From contig OZ242029.1 of NCBI GenBank assembly GCA_965205015.1, positions 3,744,001 to 3,808,000 of the forward strand: a stretch of DNA of 64,000 bases. Reading direction: 5' to 3'. This stretch comes from Candidatus Poribacteria bacterium. GTDB taxonomy: Bacteria > Poribacteria > WGA-4E > WGA-3G. This document shows positions 8,125 to 18,073 of the stretch, piece by piece (the first letter of the stretch is position 1; the number at the start of each line of letters is the position of its first letter). The notes under the pieces were generated by a model. It searched no databases and was not told where the DNA came from. It saw nothing but the letters and a program-made list of their open reading frames with translations. The position numbers and the translations under genes are program-made.

Positions 8125-9669
8125 TTAATTAACAAAATCTCGGAGTTTTCGGCTTCGCCTGGGGTGTCTTAACTTCCGAAGTGCTTTCGCTTCAATTTGC
8201 CGGATACGTTCCCGTGTTACTTCAAAGATATTGCCGACCTCTTCAAGCGTCCGTGGATATCCATCTTCAATCCCAAAACGGAGGGAAATTACCTTTCTTT
8301 CGCGTTCATTGAGTTCGGAAAGGACTTCCTGAATCTGCTCTTTGAGTATATTCAATTCGGCTTCTTGGACAGGGGACGGGGAATCAACATCCATAATGAA
8401 AGCCCCGAGAGGGTTCTCATCCTCTTCACCGATGGGGGTGTCTAAAGAGGCGGTTTCTGGTGCGACTGCCAAAGCTTCATTGACCTTATTGGTGGAAATC
8501 CTGAGATCAGCGGCGATCTGTTCAGCTGAAGGTTCAGTGCCTAATTCCTGTAAAAGTGAGCGTTGCACCCGCCTGATTTTGTTGATCCGTTCGTGCATGT
8601 GGACGGGAATGCGGATTGTGCGTCCTTGGTCGGCGATAGCACGTGTAATCCCTTGACGAATCCACCATGTGGCGTACGTGCTAAATTTATATCCGCGCTG
8701 ATAATCGAATTTGTCCACTGCCCGCATCAAGCCGATGTTCCCCTCTTGGATTAAATCGAGAAATTCGAGTCCCGATGCCCGGTGTCTATGTTTCTTGGCA
8801 ATGTTGATAACCAGTCGGAGGTTGGCTTCAACCATCGCCATTTTTGCGCCTTGTGCCTCGGATTCACCCTTGTCAATCTGCTGTGTGAGTGCCTTGAGTT
8901 GTTCCCTCGGGACTCCAATTTCGGTCATGTGCTGCCGGATATTACGTTGTAACCGAACGATGTTTACGTAGGCGGCTTTTACGGCATCGTTTTTAAACTG
9001 ACGATCCGTCCCGTTACTTCCGTTGAGCCATTCGTTCGGGATATCATGTGTCTGCTGAAGGTGCTGGATTTCATTTTCCCAAGTGCTGATCTGAGACTCG
9101 GCTTGCTTGACGAGATCAGAAATTTTGCTAATTTCCTCTCGATCAATCTTAAGTTCCTCAAGCGTCTTAATGAGATTGGTACGGGTTTTCGATTTCGCAG
9201 CGGTTTCCCCCCCATTTTTAGCAGTAGAAGTCGGGACAGCAGCGAGACGTTCCATCTCGAAGTTTTCAAGTACGACCAACGCTTTCTTGACCTGTTCGCG
9301 TAATTTGCGTTCCTTATTCTGTGTTGAGGAGTTCGAAACAGACTTATCAATAATATCAGAGGCACGCTTTTTAGCCGTGACGATTTTATAGAGAAGTTTC
9401 CGAACTTCAGTAATAGCGAGGGGTGTGCCGAAGGTTGCTTCATGAGCCGTCCGATGTCCTGCCTCAATCTGTTTAGCGAGTTCCACCTCTTGTTCCTTAT
9501 CAAGGAGGTCAAATTTCCCCATCTCGCGCATGTACACCTTCACGGAATCGTCGGTGTAATTTGTGCCAGTTGCAACGATTTCTCCCATTTCATCTTCGTA
9601 TCCGGGTTCATCGTTGCTCTCGGTATCCAGGTAATCAAGGGTAGGATGATCTTTGAAATCCACCATCAA
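8125..9669 (-). CDS. rpoD: primary RNA polymerase sigma factor sigma70
   Basis: [11 protein letters not shown] (region 1.2), [67 protein letters not shown]. Confidence 0.96.
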   Translation of the reverse strand: MMVDFKDHPTLDYLDTESNDEPGYEDEMGEIVATGTNYTDDSVKVYMREMGKFDLLDKEQEVELAKQIEAGHRTAHEATFGTPLAITEVRKLLYKIVTAKKRASDIIDKSVSNSSTQNKERKLREQVKKALVVLENFEMERLAAVPTSTAKNGGETAAKSKTRTNLIKTLEELKIDREEISKISDLVKQAESQISTWENEIQHLQQTHDIPNEWLNGSNGTDRQFKNDAVKAAYVNIVRLQRNIRQHMTEIGVPREQLKALTQQIDKGESEAQGAKMAMVEANLRLVINIAKKHRHRASGLEFLDLIQEGNIGLMRAVDKFDYQRGYKFSTYATWWIRQGITRAIADQGRTIRIPVHMHERINKIRRVQRSLLQELGTEPSAEQIAADLRISTNKVNEALAVAPETASLDTPIGEEDENPLGAFIMDVDSPSPVQEAELNILKEQIQEVLSELNERERKVISLRFGIEDGYPRTLEEVGNIFEVTRERIRQIEAKALRKLRHPRRSRKLRDFVN

Positions 9670-11504
9670 CTTCCTCCTTCATTTGGGGTTTCCTCGTGAG
9701 TGTCCACGATATCGCGATTATATAAGGCTCGTCTTTGGTTAGAGAGTTTCACCGATTCCTCAAGGATTTCCCTGTCATCTGTTCCCTCAGCACGTGCGTG
9801 CGAGCGAACACGCTGTTCAAGATCTCGCAAGAGGAAATGCCGTAGTTTTTTTAGGCATCCTTCCACCCGGGACTGTAGTAGCTTCGGTGGAAGTGTTCTT
9901 CGTAGAATGACACTTGAAATAAACGCGCTGAGTTTTTCGTCGGGGCATTCATTAATGAGGGTCTGGATATCTACGTTCTTATCGTCCGTACAAGATTCCC
10001 AGAGCAATTGTGCAATTCTACCAAAATGAGGTTCTGTGAAACTCTGATAGTCAAATTGAGATTTGACATAGGCAATTAACGTTGGACTTTGGATTAATGC
10101 TTCAATCAATTGACGTTCGATTTGTGCGCGGGGTGTCAATCGTTGGTTATTTGCCTTGGTTTGTCTCTGCCGACTGGGAGCGAGGGGTTCCTTGAATCCC
10201 ACATCTCGCAATTCCTGCCAAAATGCCGACGCCTCCACATGGAGTTCCCGTGCGGCATATTTGATGTATTCGCTCCGCTCTACCTGATTCTTGAGGTTTA
10301 TGAGCGTCTCAACAACCTCTTTGACAACCTGTGTTTTCACATCAACCCGATGAATGTCTTGCCGTTGGATAGCGGCTTGAATCTGAAATTCGATGAGATT
10401 TATTGCTTTGTCCGTGAGTTCTGTGAACGCGGCGGCTCCGTGTTGTCGCGTAAAGGAATCCGGATCTTCGCCTGTAGGTAACAGGGCAATGCGTACCCGC
10501 AACCCTTCTGTGAGGAGTCGGTGTAGTCCACGTTGTGCGGCTTGGAAACCTGAGACATCTCCGTCGTAGACAATGATAACTTCGGGCGCAAACCGCTTCA
10601 ATAATTTTGCATGATTTTCGCTCAGCGAGGTACCAGAGGACGCGACTACATTTTCAATCCCGGACTGAAAAAGCATCAAAACGTCCATATACCCCTCTAC
10701 AAGAAGGACATGTTGCTTTTTATAGATAGATTGGCGTGCTTTGTCGAGGTTGTAAAGGATATTACTTTTATCATATAGAACTGTCGCGGGAGAATTTAGA
10801 TACTTCGGTTGATGTTCTTCAGAGAGTGAGCGTCCCCCAAAACCAACGGGAATCCCGCGTTCATTGTAAATCGGGAAAAGGACCCTATTCCAAAATCGAT
10901 CCTGTGGACCTCGATCTTCATCCTTAATCAGTCCGGCATCAATAAGTTGCTGTATCGTAAATCCTTTATCTGTTGCGACTTTAATAAGATCGCGTCGCGC
11001 AGACTGTGCGTAGCCCAGCTGGAAGGACCGGAGCGTTTTCAATTGGACGCCTCGATGCTTGAGATACTGCATCGCTGATGCCCCCGCTCTATCAATCAGA
11101 AGTTGGTTGTGGTAGTATTCCACAGCAAACCGGTTGAGGTCTTCCAAAGTTGTGAACCGTTTTCGGCTCGCGCTCCCCTGACCCTCTCGATTCGGAAGGT
11201 CAATATTCAGCCGACTCGCTAACCACTCCAGCGTCTCCATGAAGTTTTTACCTTCATGCTTTTGCACAAAAGAGATGACATTTCCCCCCGTTTGACATCC
11301 AAAACAGTAGAACATCTGCTTTTGCGGTGAGACCGTGAAGGAGGGTGTTTTTTCATCGTGGAACGGGCAGAGTCCCTTGTAATCTCGACCGGCAGGACGC
11401 AGCGCGACACCACATTCGGAGATGACTTCAACAATATCGCTTCGGCTCTGGATCTCATCAATTGTTTCGCGTGGCACAGTGCCTCTTGCCTGCGGGGTGT
11501 TCAT
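9666..11504 (-). CDS. dnaG: DNA primase
   Basis: CPFH...CFGC zinc finger, PKYLNSP, EGYMD and DGD TOPRIM motifs. Confidence 0.97.
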   Translation of the reverse strand: MNTPQARGTVPRETIDEIQSRSDIVEVISECGVALRPAGRDYKGLCPFHDEKTPSFTVSPQKQMFYCFGCQTGGNVISFVQKHEGKNFMETLEWLASRLNIDLPNREGQGSASRKRFTTLEDLNRFAVEYYHNQLLIDRAGASAMQYLKHRGVQLKTLRSFQLGYAQSARRDLIKVATDKGFTIQQLIDAGLIKDEDRGPQDRFWNRVLFPIYNERGIPVGFGGRSLSEEHQPKYLNSPATVLYDKSNILYNLDKARQSIYKKQHVLLVEGYMDVLMLFQSGIENVVASSGTSLSENHAKLLKRFAPEVIIVYDGDVSGFQAAQRGLHRLLTEGLRVRIALLPTGEDPDSFTRQHGAAAFTELTDKAINLIEFQIQAAIQRQDIHRVDVKTQVVKEVVETLINLKNQVERSEYIKYAARELHVEASAFWQELRDVGFKEPLAPSRQRQTKANNQRLTPRAQIERQLIEALIQSPTLIAYVKSQFDYQSFTEPHFGRIAQLLWESCTDDKNVDIQTLINECPDEKLSAFISSVILRRTLPPKLLQSRVEGCLKKLRHFLLRDLEQRVRSHARAEGTDDREILEESVKLSNQRRALYNRDIVDTHEETPNEGGS

Positions 11505-11516
11505 GGTGAATCTGCC

Positions 11517-13934
11517 TTACTCTTTGAATGTGACGACGGTTACGCCCTCACCGCCTTGGCTGAGTGGGGCGAGCTGGTATTTGGTTACACGGGGATTCTC
11601 ACGCAATTCGTCATGAACGGCTTTTCGCAATGCGCCCGTCCCTTTGCCGTGAAGAATACGAACTGTCGGGAGACCTGCAAGATATGCGTCATCAAGATAC
11701 TTATCGGTCAAGTCTAACGCCTCTTTTACAAGCAACCCTCGAATATTCAGTTCACTACTGATTGTATTAGATTTACTATATTGAATATCAAGTACGGACG
11801 TTGAAAGATTTGATGTTTTTTGTTTTGGGTGTACGGCATCAATTTCGTGGTAGGCGGCTTGCATTTGCATATTCCCAACCAGAATGTGAAGGGGTGTTTT
11901 ACCGCGCGGTTTAATAGCGGTGACTTCTCCAAATCGGTTGAGTTTCTTGACTCTGACTTTATCGCCGACGTTAACTTTGAGTTTCGGTTGGTTAGATTGT
12001 TTTTTAGGGGGTTCCTTTTTCAACGATTTTTTAGCAGCCTCTATCTCTGAAAAAGCGTTTCGAATACTCTCTTTAGAGGCTTGTTGTTTGCGAATATCAG
12101 CGACAAGTTTCTCTACAGTTTTACGGGCGTTGGCGACGATGTCGCGAGCCTCCCGCTCCGCTTGGTGTTTTAAGGTATCCCGTTGGGTTTCAAGGGTTTG
12201 AAGGAGTTGTGTATGTTTCTGGGATGCGTCCTCAGCTTCTTGAATCTTATCGTGCAAGCGTGCGCGTTCTGTTTCTAATTCATCTTGTGTTTCCTGCAAA
12301 CGCACAAGGAGGTCTTCAACAGCCACGTTATTATTCCCTAAATGCGTTTGGGCTTCCTCAAGAATTTCAGAGGGGATTCCGAGTTGTGAGGCAATTTTTA
12401 TGGCATTGCTACTTCCGGGGATACCTATCTGGAGTCGGTAGGTCGGACGCAGTGTCGTCCAGTCAAACTCCATTGAAGCGTTTTCCATACTTTGTTGTGT
12501 ATGGGCGTACGCCTTAAGTGCGCCGTAGTGTGTCGTGACGATGGTATTCACCTGTCTTTCACCGAGCCAATCAAGGAGTGCCATACCGAGGGCTGTCCCT
12601 TCACTGGGATCCGTTCCAGCCCCGATCTCGTCCAACAACACAAGCGAATGTTCGGCGTGCTCGATTTTCCGAAGCATCTCCGCAATCTTGGTGATATGTG
12701 AAGAGAAAGTACTCAGACTCTGTTCTATGCCTTGGTCATCCCCAATGTCGGCAAAGACATGATCGAAGATAGCGACCTGACTCCCGTGTTCCGCTGGAAT
12801 ATGTAATCCGGATTGTGCCATGAGCGTCAATAGCCCGACTGTCTTGAGAACAACGGTTTTGCCCCCGGTATTCGGACCGGTGATAACCAGCGTATTGAAC
12901 GTTTTGCCGATATGAACGTTTGTCGGCACAACATTCGCTGGTAGCTCCGCGCTTGTATCCGAATCCGGATCTGACGGTCGCGCGTTCTGAAGATGGAACT
13001 CCAATAAGGGGTGCCGTGCTTCAATCAATTTGACGACGCCTCGGGTATTCAATTTCGGTTCAACAGCGTTTAACGCGAAACTAAAACGTGCCTTTGCGTT
13101 CAAAAAGTCGAATTCTGCTAACAGGTTGAGGGACAGTTCCAATTCGTGTAAGTTGTCGCGCACGCGATCGGTAAGGTCGAGGAGGATGCGTCGAATTTCA
13201 CGTTGTTCGGCTTCAGCGGTTTCATGGAGTGCGTTGTTCATCTGGACGATTTCCAAAGGCTCTACAAAAAAGGTAGCCCCGCTTGTGGATTGTCCCTGAA
13301 CCACGCCTCGAAAAGATGAACGTGCTTCCTGCTTTATTGGAATGACATACCGATTGTTTCGAGAGGTGATGACCTGCTCCTGAATTGCTTTCTGATGCGC
13401 CGGTGAACGCAGCGTCGCTTCGAGTTTTTGGTGTATATTTTCACGAAGTCGCGACAATTTCCGCCGGAGGGCGCGCAACTCAGGACTTGCGCGATCCAGC
13501 AACATTCCCTCAGCATCGATGCAATGATTGATCGCCTCGACTAACTCTGGGAACACCGGCAGGGCATCAACAATAGCAAAGAGGTTGGGAAACTCCTCTC
13601 GATCGCGTTTCTCAAAGGTACGGTGGATGTCTTCGGGAATTTGTGCGACCTTTCGGACATCAAGGAGTTCCTCAGCGTCTAAGAGTGCGCCGACCTTTGC
13701 AGCGTGGGTTAGCGATTTGCGGATATCCTTTAAACCGTTGAGTGGTATTCCACCGTGAACTTGATGAAAGAATTTCGTCTCACTGCACAACGTGAGTAGA
13801 TAGCGAATTTTATCGACATCAGAAGATGGCGCGAAGGTGTCAACACGCGCTGTTCCGAGTTGAGAAGCGGTGTATTTTTTCAGGAGTGCACGGATTTTGT
13901 CGTATTCTAATACTTTTTCAACATTGGATAGCAC
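11517..13934 (-). CDS. mutS2: MutS2 (ribosome-collision sensor / endonuclease with Smr domain)
   Basis: TGPNTGGKT, QSLSTFSSH, DEIGAGTDP, C-terminal Smr HGKGTGALR. Confidence 0.96.
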   Translation of the reverse strand: MLSNVEKVLEYDKIRALLKKYTASQLGTARVDTFAPSSDVDKIRYLLTLCSETKFFHQVHGGIPLNGLKDIRKSLTHAAKVGALLDAEELLDVRKVAQIPEDIHRTFEKRDREEFPNLFAIVDALPVFPELVEAINHCIDAEGMLLDRASPELRALRRKLSRLRENIHQKLEATLRSPAHQKAIQEQVITSRNNRYVIPIKQEARSSFRGVVQGQSTSGATFFVEPLEIVQMNNALHETAEAEQREIRRILLDLTDRVRDNLHELELSLNLLAEFDFLNAKARFSFALNAVEPKLNTRGVVKLIEARHPLLEFHLQNARPSDPDSDTSAELPANVVPTNVHIGKTFNTLVITGPNTGGKTVVLKTVGLLTLMAQSGLHIPAEHGSQVAIFDHVFADIGDDQGIEQSLSTFSSHITKIAEMLRKIEHAEHSLVLLDEIGAGTDPSEGTALGMALLDWLGERQVNTIVTTHYGALKAYAHTQQSMENASMEFDWTTLRPTYRLQIGIPGSSNAIKIASQLGIPSEILEEAQTHLGNNNVAVEDLLVRLQETQDELETERARLHDKIQEAEDASQKHTQLLQTLETQRDTLKHQAEREARDIVANARKTVEKLVADIRKQQASKESIRNAFSEIEAAKKSLKKEPPKKQSNQPKLKVNVGDKVRVKKLNRFGEVTAIKPRGKTPLHILVGNMQMQAAYHEIDAVHPKQKTSNLSTSVLDIQYSKSNTISSELNIRGLLVKEALDLTDKYLDDAYLAGLPTVRILHGKGTGALRKAVHDELRENPRVTKYQLAPLSQGGEGVTVVTFKE

Positions 13935-13954
13935 TTTTTAATTATTCCTTGCGG
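13935..13954 (-). repeat. CCGCAAGGWAWAATTAAAA element end serving as the RBS of mutS2
   Basis: CCGCAAGGAATAATTAAAAA directly before GTG; same motif at 53695, 58890, 63842 and 63861. Confidence 0.7.
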
Positions 13955-13989
13955 AACCTTTATGAATGAGGCGAAACCCTCTTAACCGA

Positions 13990-15012
13990 TTAATAGTTCT
14001 TACGCTTAAGGTTGCCCCACGTCGTGACTAACTTCTCTTGCGGTTCGACCGACAATATCTTGATGTCGCGCAACCAAGCAATGACAAAGACGCTACCATC
14101 GACCTCGACTATTACTTCGGTTTCGTCGGTGGCGAATTCATAAAGATAGATGGAGCCCCATCGAGAATAGGCTATATAGTCTCCTTCAGGCGACCAGTCT
14201 GCCCAATACCCGGTGGCTTTGTCGACATCGAACAACGCCTCAATTGTTTTGGTTTCGATGTCAATTGTGCAGAACGTATCGAACTCTCTGTTCCATCTGA
14301 GGAAGAGGATGCGCTGCCCATCGGGTGCCCACACAGGATAAAAATCTTTATGGAGTTCGGTCAAGAGTTCTATCTCTTTGGTTTCAACGTCTAAGAGGTA
14401 GAGGTGTTCCAACCAGCCGGGTCTGGAGAGGGAAAAGGCGATTCGCTTGCTATTTGGCGACCAGGACATTCCCCAAAAGGAGTAGGGCCATCCTTGGTGT
14501 GGCACTTGCGTCATGACTTCCATCTCACCCGTCTCGATATCCAGCACCCATATCTGATTTTCTTGCGGAAGTTGGTTTATTGTCCAACCGTTGAAGGCGA
14601 GTTTTTTGCCGTTCGGAGAAACGGAAAGAAACCGATACGTGCCAGCCGATGGGGTAATGAGTTTCTTATTCTTTGGATTTTCGGGATTAATGGAATAAAC
14701 GTTAGAGTGCCCAGCATCCCGTTGAATGAAATAGAGGAGATCTCCGTTCGGGCCCCACGCCGGATACATCCCTTTATGGTTCAAAGGGATCCCTCTTAAA
14801 TCTTTAGTGCCTTTGATTGGCGTTGTATAGAGATTCCAATCGAAGCGACCGAGATTTTCATCGAATCCGTTGACTGCATACGCGAGGTGTCCTGTCGGTG
14901 CTGCTTCACCTAACGAGGCAAAAGGAAGCAGGGTTAAAAAAAGCACTCCCAAAAGAGCGAATCCGACGGTTTTGGAAGCGAAGTAAGGTGGACGACTATA
15001 TTTATAAAACAT
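13990..15012 (-). CDS. secreted TolB-like (PD40) beta-propeller protein with C-terminal VEPQEKLVTTWGNLK motif
   Basis: Signal peptide; repeated WSP/WAPDG motifs. Confidence 0.8.
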   Translation of the reverse strand: MFYKYSRPPYFASKTVGFALLGVLFLTLLPFASLGEAAPTGHLAYAVNGFDENLGRFDWNLYTTPIKGTKDLRGIPLNHKGMYPAWGPNGDLLYFIQRDAGHSNVYSINPENPKNKKLITPSAGTYRFLSVSPNGKKLAFNGWTINQLPQENQIWVLDIETGEMEVMTQVPHQGWPYSFWGMSWSPNSKRIAFSLSRPGWLEHLYLLDVETKEIELLTELHKDFYPVWAPDGQRILFLRWNREFDTFCTIDIETKTIEALFDVDKATGYWADWSPEGDYIAYSRWGSIYLYEFATDETEVIVEVDGSVFVIAWLRDIKILSVEPQEKLVTTWGNLKRKNY

Positions 15013-15064
15013 CAGTGCTGCTCCCTAATATAAAGTAGAAAAAATGTGTTGGTAAAACCCCAAA

Positions 15065-16168
15065 TTATTGAGCAGATTCAAGGCGTTTGTAATGGAGCAT
15101 CGCGTTCTCATAGAGGCGGCGACTTAACCCCAGTTTTTCAAGATCAACGACCAGATCGTAGCTATAGAGTGCTGAACTTTCTCTGCCTTGGTCGTCGGCA
15201 CGACGGGCGTTTTGAACGTTATTTATGAGTGTGATCGCTTCTTTTTCAAAATTTCCGATCTGCTTTCGGAGTTCCGTGGACAGCCCACCCTGAATGTCTT
15301 TGTTGACTTTATAGGTGCGAATCGCGTCGGCATAGGCAACATAAGCGTCATAGTAATGCTTTTCGTTCTCCAATTTTTCAGCGTTTGAGAGGTCCAACGT
15401 TTCACTGATGGCAGCGATAACAACTTTCGCGTCTTCAATGACTTCAAGGCTTTTCTGGGCAATGCCTGCTTCAAGTGTTGTCCGGAATTCATCAATGATC
15501 TCTTTATATGCGGCACGCGCGCCATCGGTGTCCCCCAACTTTTCATAAACAATTGCCTGATTAAATTTGGCTTCGGCAAGCACGAACTTCCGAATCTCTG
15601 GTGGGAGTTCTGGTGTAGGCGGGTATACTTTTGCCTGATAGGCATCAATGGCTTTTTCGTAGTTGCCTTCCTGTTCGTAGGTGTTGCCTATTGCCTTTTG
15701 GGCGTACAGACTGTATATCTGATTTTCGGGTTGATGGTTTGTAATAATCTGTTCGAATTGTGAACGTGCTTCTGCGTAGTTGCCTTGATAGTAGAGTGAA
15801 CTTGCATATTGATACTGTGCTTTGTCAGCAAATGCGGTATTCGGATATTTCTCAAAGATCTGCTGCAGCTGCGTTTGTGCGGCTGCGAGAGACGCTTCAC
15901 TTTCCGCTAATTTATCTGCATCGAAAAGACTTTCCTCGGCGGTTCGATAGGCTTCAGTGGCTTCCCGCAGCGCGATTGTTGCTTCGGCGCGGCGGTTCTC
16001 CTGATTCTGATAATATGCCGCATAACCTGCGACGGCGATAAGGACTATTCCCACCACAATGACAATAGTTCGCAGATTCTCTTTAAGGAACTGGTAGGTT
16101 TTCAGGAGTCCTTCAATAAATTTATCTTCTTGGATTTCTTCTTTTGTCAATCGTTGGTTTCGTGCCAT
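15065..16168 (-). CDS. membrane-anchored tetratricopeptide repeat protein (YfgM-like)
   Basis: Single N-terminal TM after KEEIQEDKF; TPR-like helices. Confidence 0.8.
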   Translation of the reverse strand: MARNQRLTKEEIQEDKFIEGLLKTYQFLKENLRTIVIVVGIVLIAVAGYAAYYQNQENRRAEATIALREATEAYRTAEESLFDADKLAESEASLAAAQTQLQQIFEKYPNTAFADKAQYQYASSLYYQGNYAEARSQFEQIITNHQPENQIYSLYAQKAIGNTYEQEGNYEKAIDAYQAKVYPPTPELPPEIRKFVLAEAKFNQAIVYEKLGDTDGARAAYKEIIDEFRTTLEAGIAQKSLEVIEDAKVVIAAISETLDLSNAEKLENEKHYYDAYVAYADAIRTYKVNKDIQGGLSTELRKQIGNFEKEAITLINNVQNARRADDQGRESSALYSYDLVVDLEKLGLSRRLYENAMLHYKRLESAQ

Positions 16169-16218
16169 GGATTTCCTCAGTTTTCGGCGATTTTAAGTCA
16201 AATATTCAACAAATAAGC

Positions 16219-16252
16219 AAAAGAATCCCAGGTTTCCTTTAGGCTTGGGTTT
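16219..16252 (-). terminator. putative intrinsic terminator after tRNA-Gly
   Basis: Minus-strand CCCAAG...CCTGGG imperfect stem followed by ATTCTTTT. Confidence 0.45.
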
Positions 16253-16256
16253 CTGA

Positions 16257-16328
16257 AGCGGGTGACGGGAATTGAACCCGCGACCCTCAGCTTGGGAAGC
16301 TGACGCTCTACCGCTGAGCTACACCCGC
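16257..16328 (-). tRNA. tRNA-Gly(CCC), CCA not encoded
   Basis: GCGGGTG/CACCCGC acceptor stem; TCAGC-TTCCCAA-GCTGA anticodon arm; U discriminator. Confidence 0.96.
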
Positions 16329-16337
16329 GTTAATGGT

Positions 16338-16366
16338 ATTATATCACATCTGTTTGGCGTTGTCAA
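16338..16366 (-). promoter_or_regulatory. consensus sigma70 promoter for tRNA-Gly
   Basis: TTGACA-17nt-TATAAT with extended TG. Confidence 0.85.
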
Positions 16367-16500
16367 TGTTGTCACGTTAAAATGAAAAACGGGCGTTGGC
16401 AGGAGAGAATCACAGTTTGCAAGTTTCGCCAGATACCCGCTTTTCCATAGGTCGAGACACACGGACGGTGCTTACAGTCTCGGTTACGCTGGAGGGTCTA

Positions 16501-16965
16501 TTACAATTTATCCAGCTCGCCCAGAACTTGTTCAGCTGACAGCGTATTGTCCGGCGGTGCGGCTTCAACGTGTTTGAAGGCGACATTTCCAGACGTATCG
16601 ATAATAATGACACCTCGTGTAGTAATACCGACATCTTCGAGTGCCATACCGAACTGTTTAGAAACAGCAAGGTTCATATCTGCAAGGAGCGGGAAATCGA
16701 CACCGCCCAGTACTTCACTCCATGCCTTATGGGCAAACGTTGAATCGCGATTGATTGCGATGACTTCAGCATTTTTCGCTTGAATTGCTGACAAGCTTTC
16801 GTTGAAATCCGGCACCTGTTCAGCACAGACCGGGGAAAAAGCGAGCGGATAGAAAAGCACCACTAAATTTTTGCCTGCGTAGTCGCTCAATGAAACTTCA
16901 ACATCTTCTTGGTTAACTGCACCTGTAAGTGTGAAATCCGGTGCAGCATTTCCTACATCTGCCAT
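16501..16965 (-). CDS. peroxiredoxin (AhpE-like, 1-Cys)
   Basis: FYPLAFSPVC peroxidatic motif; AGGAGG RBS before ATG 16965. Confidence 0.88.
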   Translation of the reverse strand: MADVGNAAPDFTLTGAVNQEDVEVSLSDYAGKNLVVLFYPLAFSPVCAEQVPDFNESLSAIQAKNAEVIAINRDSTFAHKAWSEVLGGVDFPLLADMNLAVSKQFGMALEDVGITTRGVIIIDTSGNVAFKHVEAAPPDNTLSAEQVLGELDKL

Positions 16966-17024
16966 GAAATTCCTCCTATGTGCGTTTGAAAAACGCATTG
17001 AGATAATGAGGGTGTTCTTTAAAA

Positions 17025-17046
17025 AATGTTACACCAGTGTAACATT
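17025..17046. promoter_or_regulatory. palindromic operator-like site upstream of the peroxiredoxin
   Basis: AATGTTACAC-CA-GTGTAACATT, perfect 10-bp arms. Confidence 0.5.
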
Positions 17047-17204
17047 GGGGTTGTATAGGTTATCGGCACAAAACCCAATAACTGTAAGGGTTTATAGACA
17101 TTTCGGGTCGGATCTTCCACGGTAAAAAAAAATAAAAAATCAAAAAGTGTAACGTTTTGTGAACGGTTAAATTTTTATTTCGTTTCGGTAGGTGTAAGTA
17201 ATAT

Positions 17205-17252
17205 GCGGGCAGGCACAAGACCTGGGGAAACACCCAAGCAAAAACCCCCTAC
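17205..17252. repeat. REP hairpin interrupted by a ~20-bp module
   Basis: GCGGGCAGGCACAAGACCTG[GGGAAACACCCAAGCAAAAA]CCCCCTAC. Confidence 0.65.
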
Positions 17253-17315
17253 AATGTCTTTTTTGCCAGCAGTGCGGAATACGTAGTTCTCATGGACACA
17301 TTGCGTGTGTCCTAT

Positions 17316-17990
17316 TTATTTTCTTTTTAGCGCTGCCCATGATGTTGCGAGTTTTCCTCTGGGTTCAATTGCCGTAAGGGAGGCAGTCTTAGAACCGTCT
17401 ACGGTGACATCATCAAAACTGGCTTGTGTGTCCCACGTCCAGACGCCGACTTGCCCAACGGGATACGCATCATCAAAAAAGACGCCCTGTTCTATATCGT
17501 TAATAGCAACTGCGATGCGACTGCCTTCAACGACGACGCGGAGTGTGAACCACTCGTTGCGTGTAATCGTAAGTCCGATGGGTTCAATGTCGTGTTCGAT
17601 TTCATCGCGTGCTTCAAATCCGTCTTTAAAGGCGGTGCTGCGCTTGTGTCGCCACAACTCAGACTTGTTTTCTTTCGGGCAGATGAGGTACACATAGTAC
17701 TCAAATTCGTTTTGCGCTCGGAAGACGATGCCGCCCCAGTGTCCGTCATCAACACGGACCTTTGCTTGGAGTGTGTGGTCTACCCATGCTGCCCCGTCAA
17801 CCAATGCCTTCTGTGCTTCGCCCCAGCGCATTGTTTGTTTATAGACCCCTTCCTCGACTGACCAGCTGCCGTTCGCGGGTGTCCAATCGGAGGCATCGTT
17901 ATCAAATGTCCAAGTTTGCTCTTCAGCGGTCGCGAGAGGAACGGCATAGAGACTGATGCACATCAGAAGTAATGTGAGTCGACTTTTCAT
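17316..17990 (-). CDS. secreted DUF1080-like (concanavalin-fold) protein with C-terminal IEPRGKLATSWAALK motif
   Basis: Signal peptide from MKSRLT; GIVFR..YY, WFTLRVVVEG, GQVGV..FDDV pattern. Confidence 0.72.
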   Translation of the reverse strand: MKSRLTLLLMCISLYAVPLATAEEQTWTFDNDASDWTPANGSWSVEEGVYKQTMRWGEAQKALVDGAAWVDHTLQAKVRVDDGHWGGIVFRAQNEFEYYVYLICPKENKSELWRHKRSTAFKDGFEARDEIEHDIEPIGLTITRNEWFTLRVVVEGSRIAVAINDIEQGVFFDDAYPVGQVGVWTWDTQASFDDVTVDGSKTASLTAIEPRGKLATSWAALKRK

Positions 17991-18033
17991 AACGTCCGTC
18001 ACGGTCAGAGACCACCGGTAACTTAATCTAAAA

Positions 18034-18062
18034 TAGGGCGAAGCCACTTGGGTTTCGCCCTA
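18034..18062. terminator. stem-loop between the two secreted-protein genes
   Basis: TAGGGCGAAGCC-ACTTG-GGTTTCGCCCTA. Confidence 0.5.
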
Positions 18063-18073
18063 TCATCAAGCCC

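Noticed and set aside
7823-16328. tRNA genes as integration sites of an island
   Set aside because: No integrase and no duplicated tRNA 3' end seen; flanking genes are housekeeping or lineage-typical
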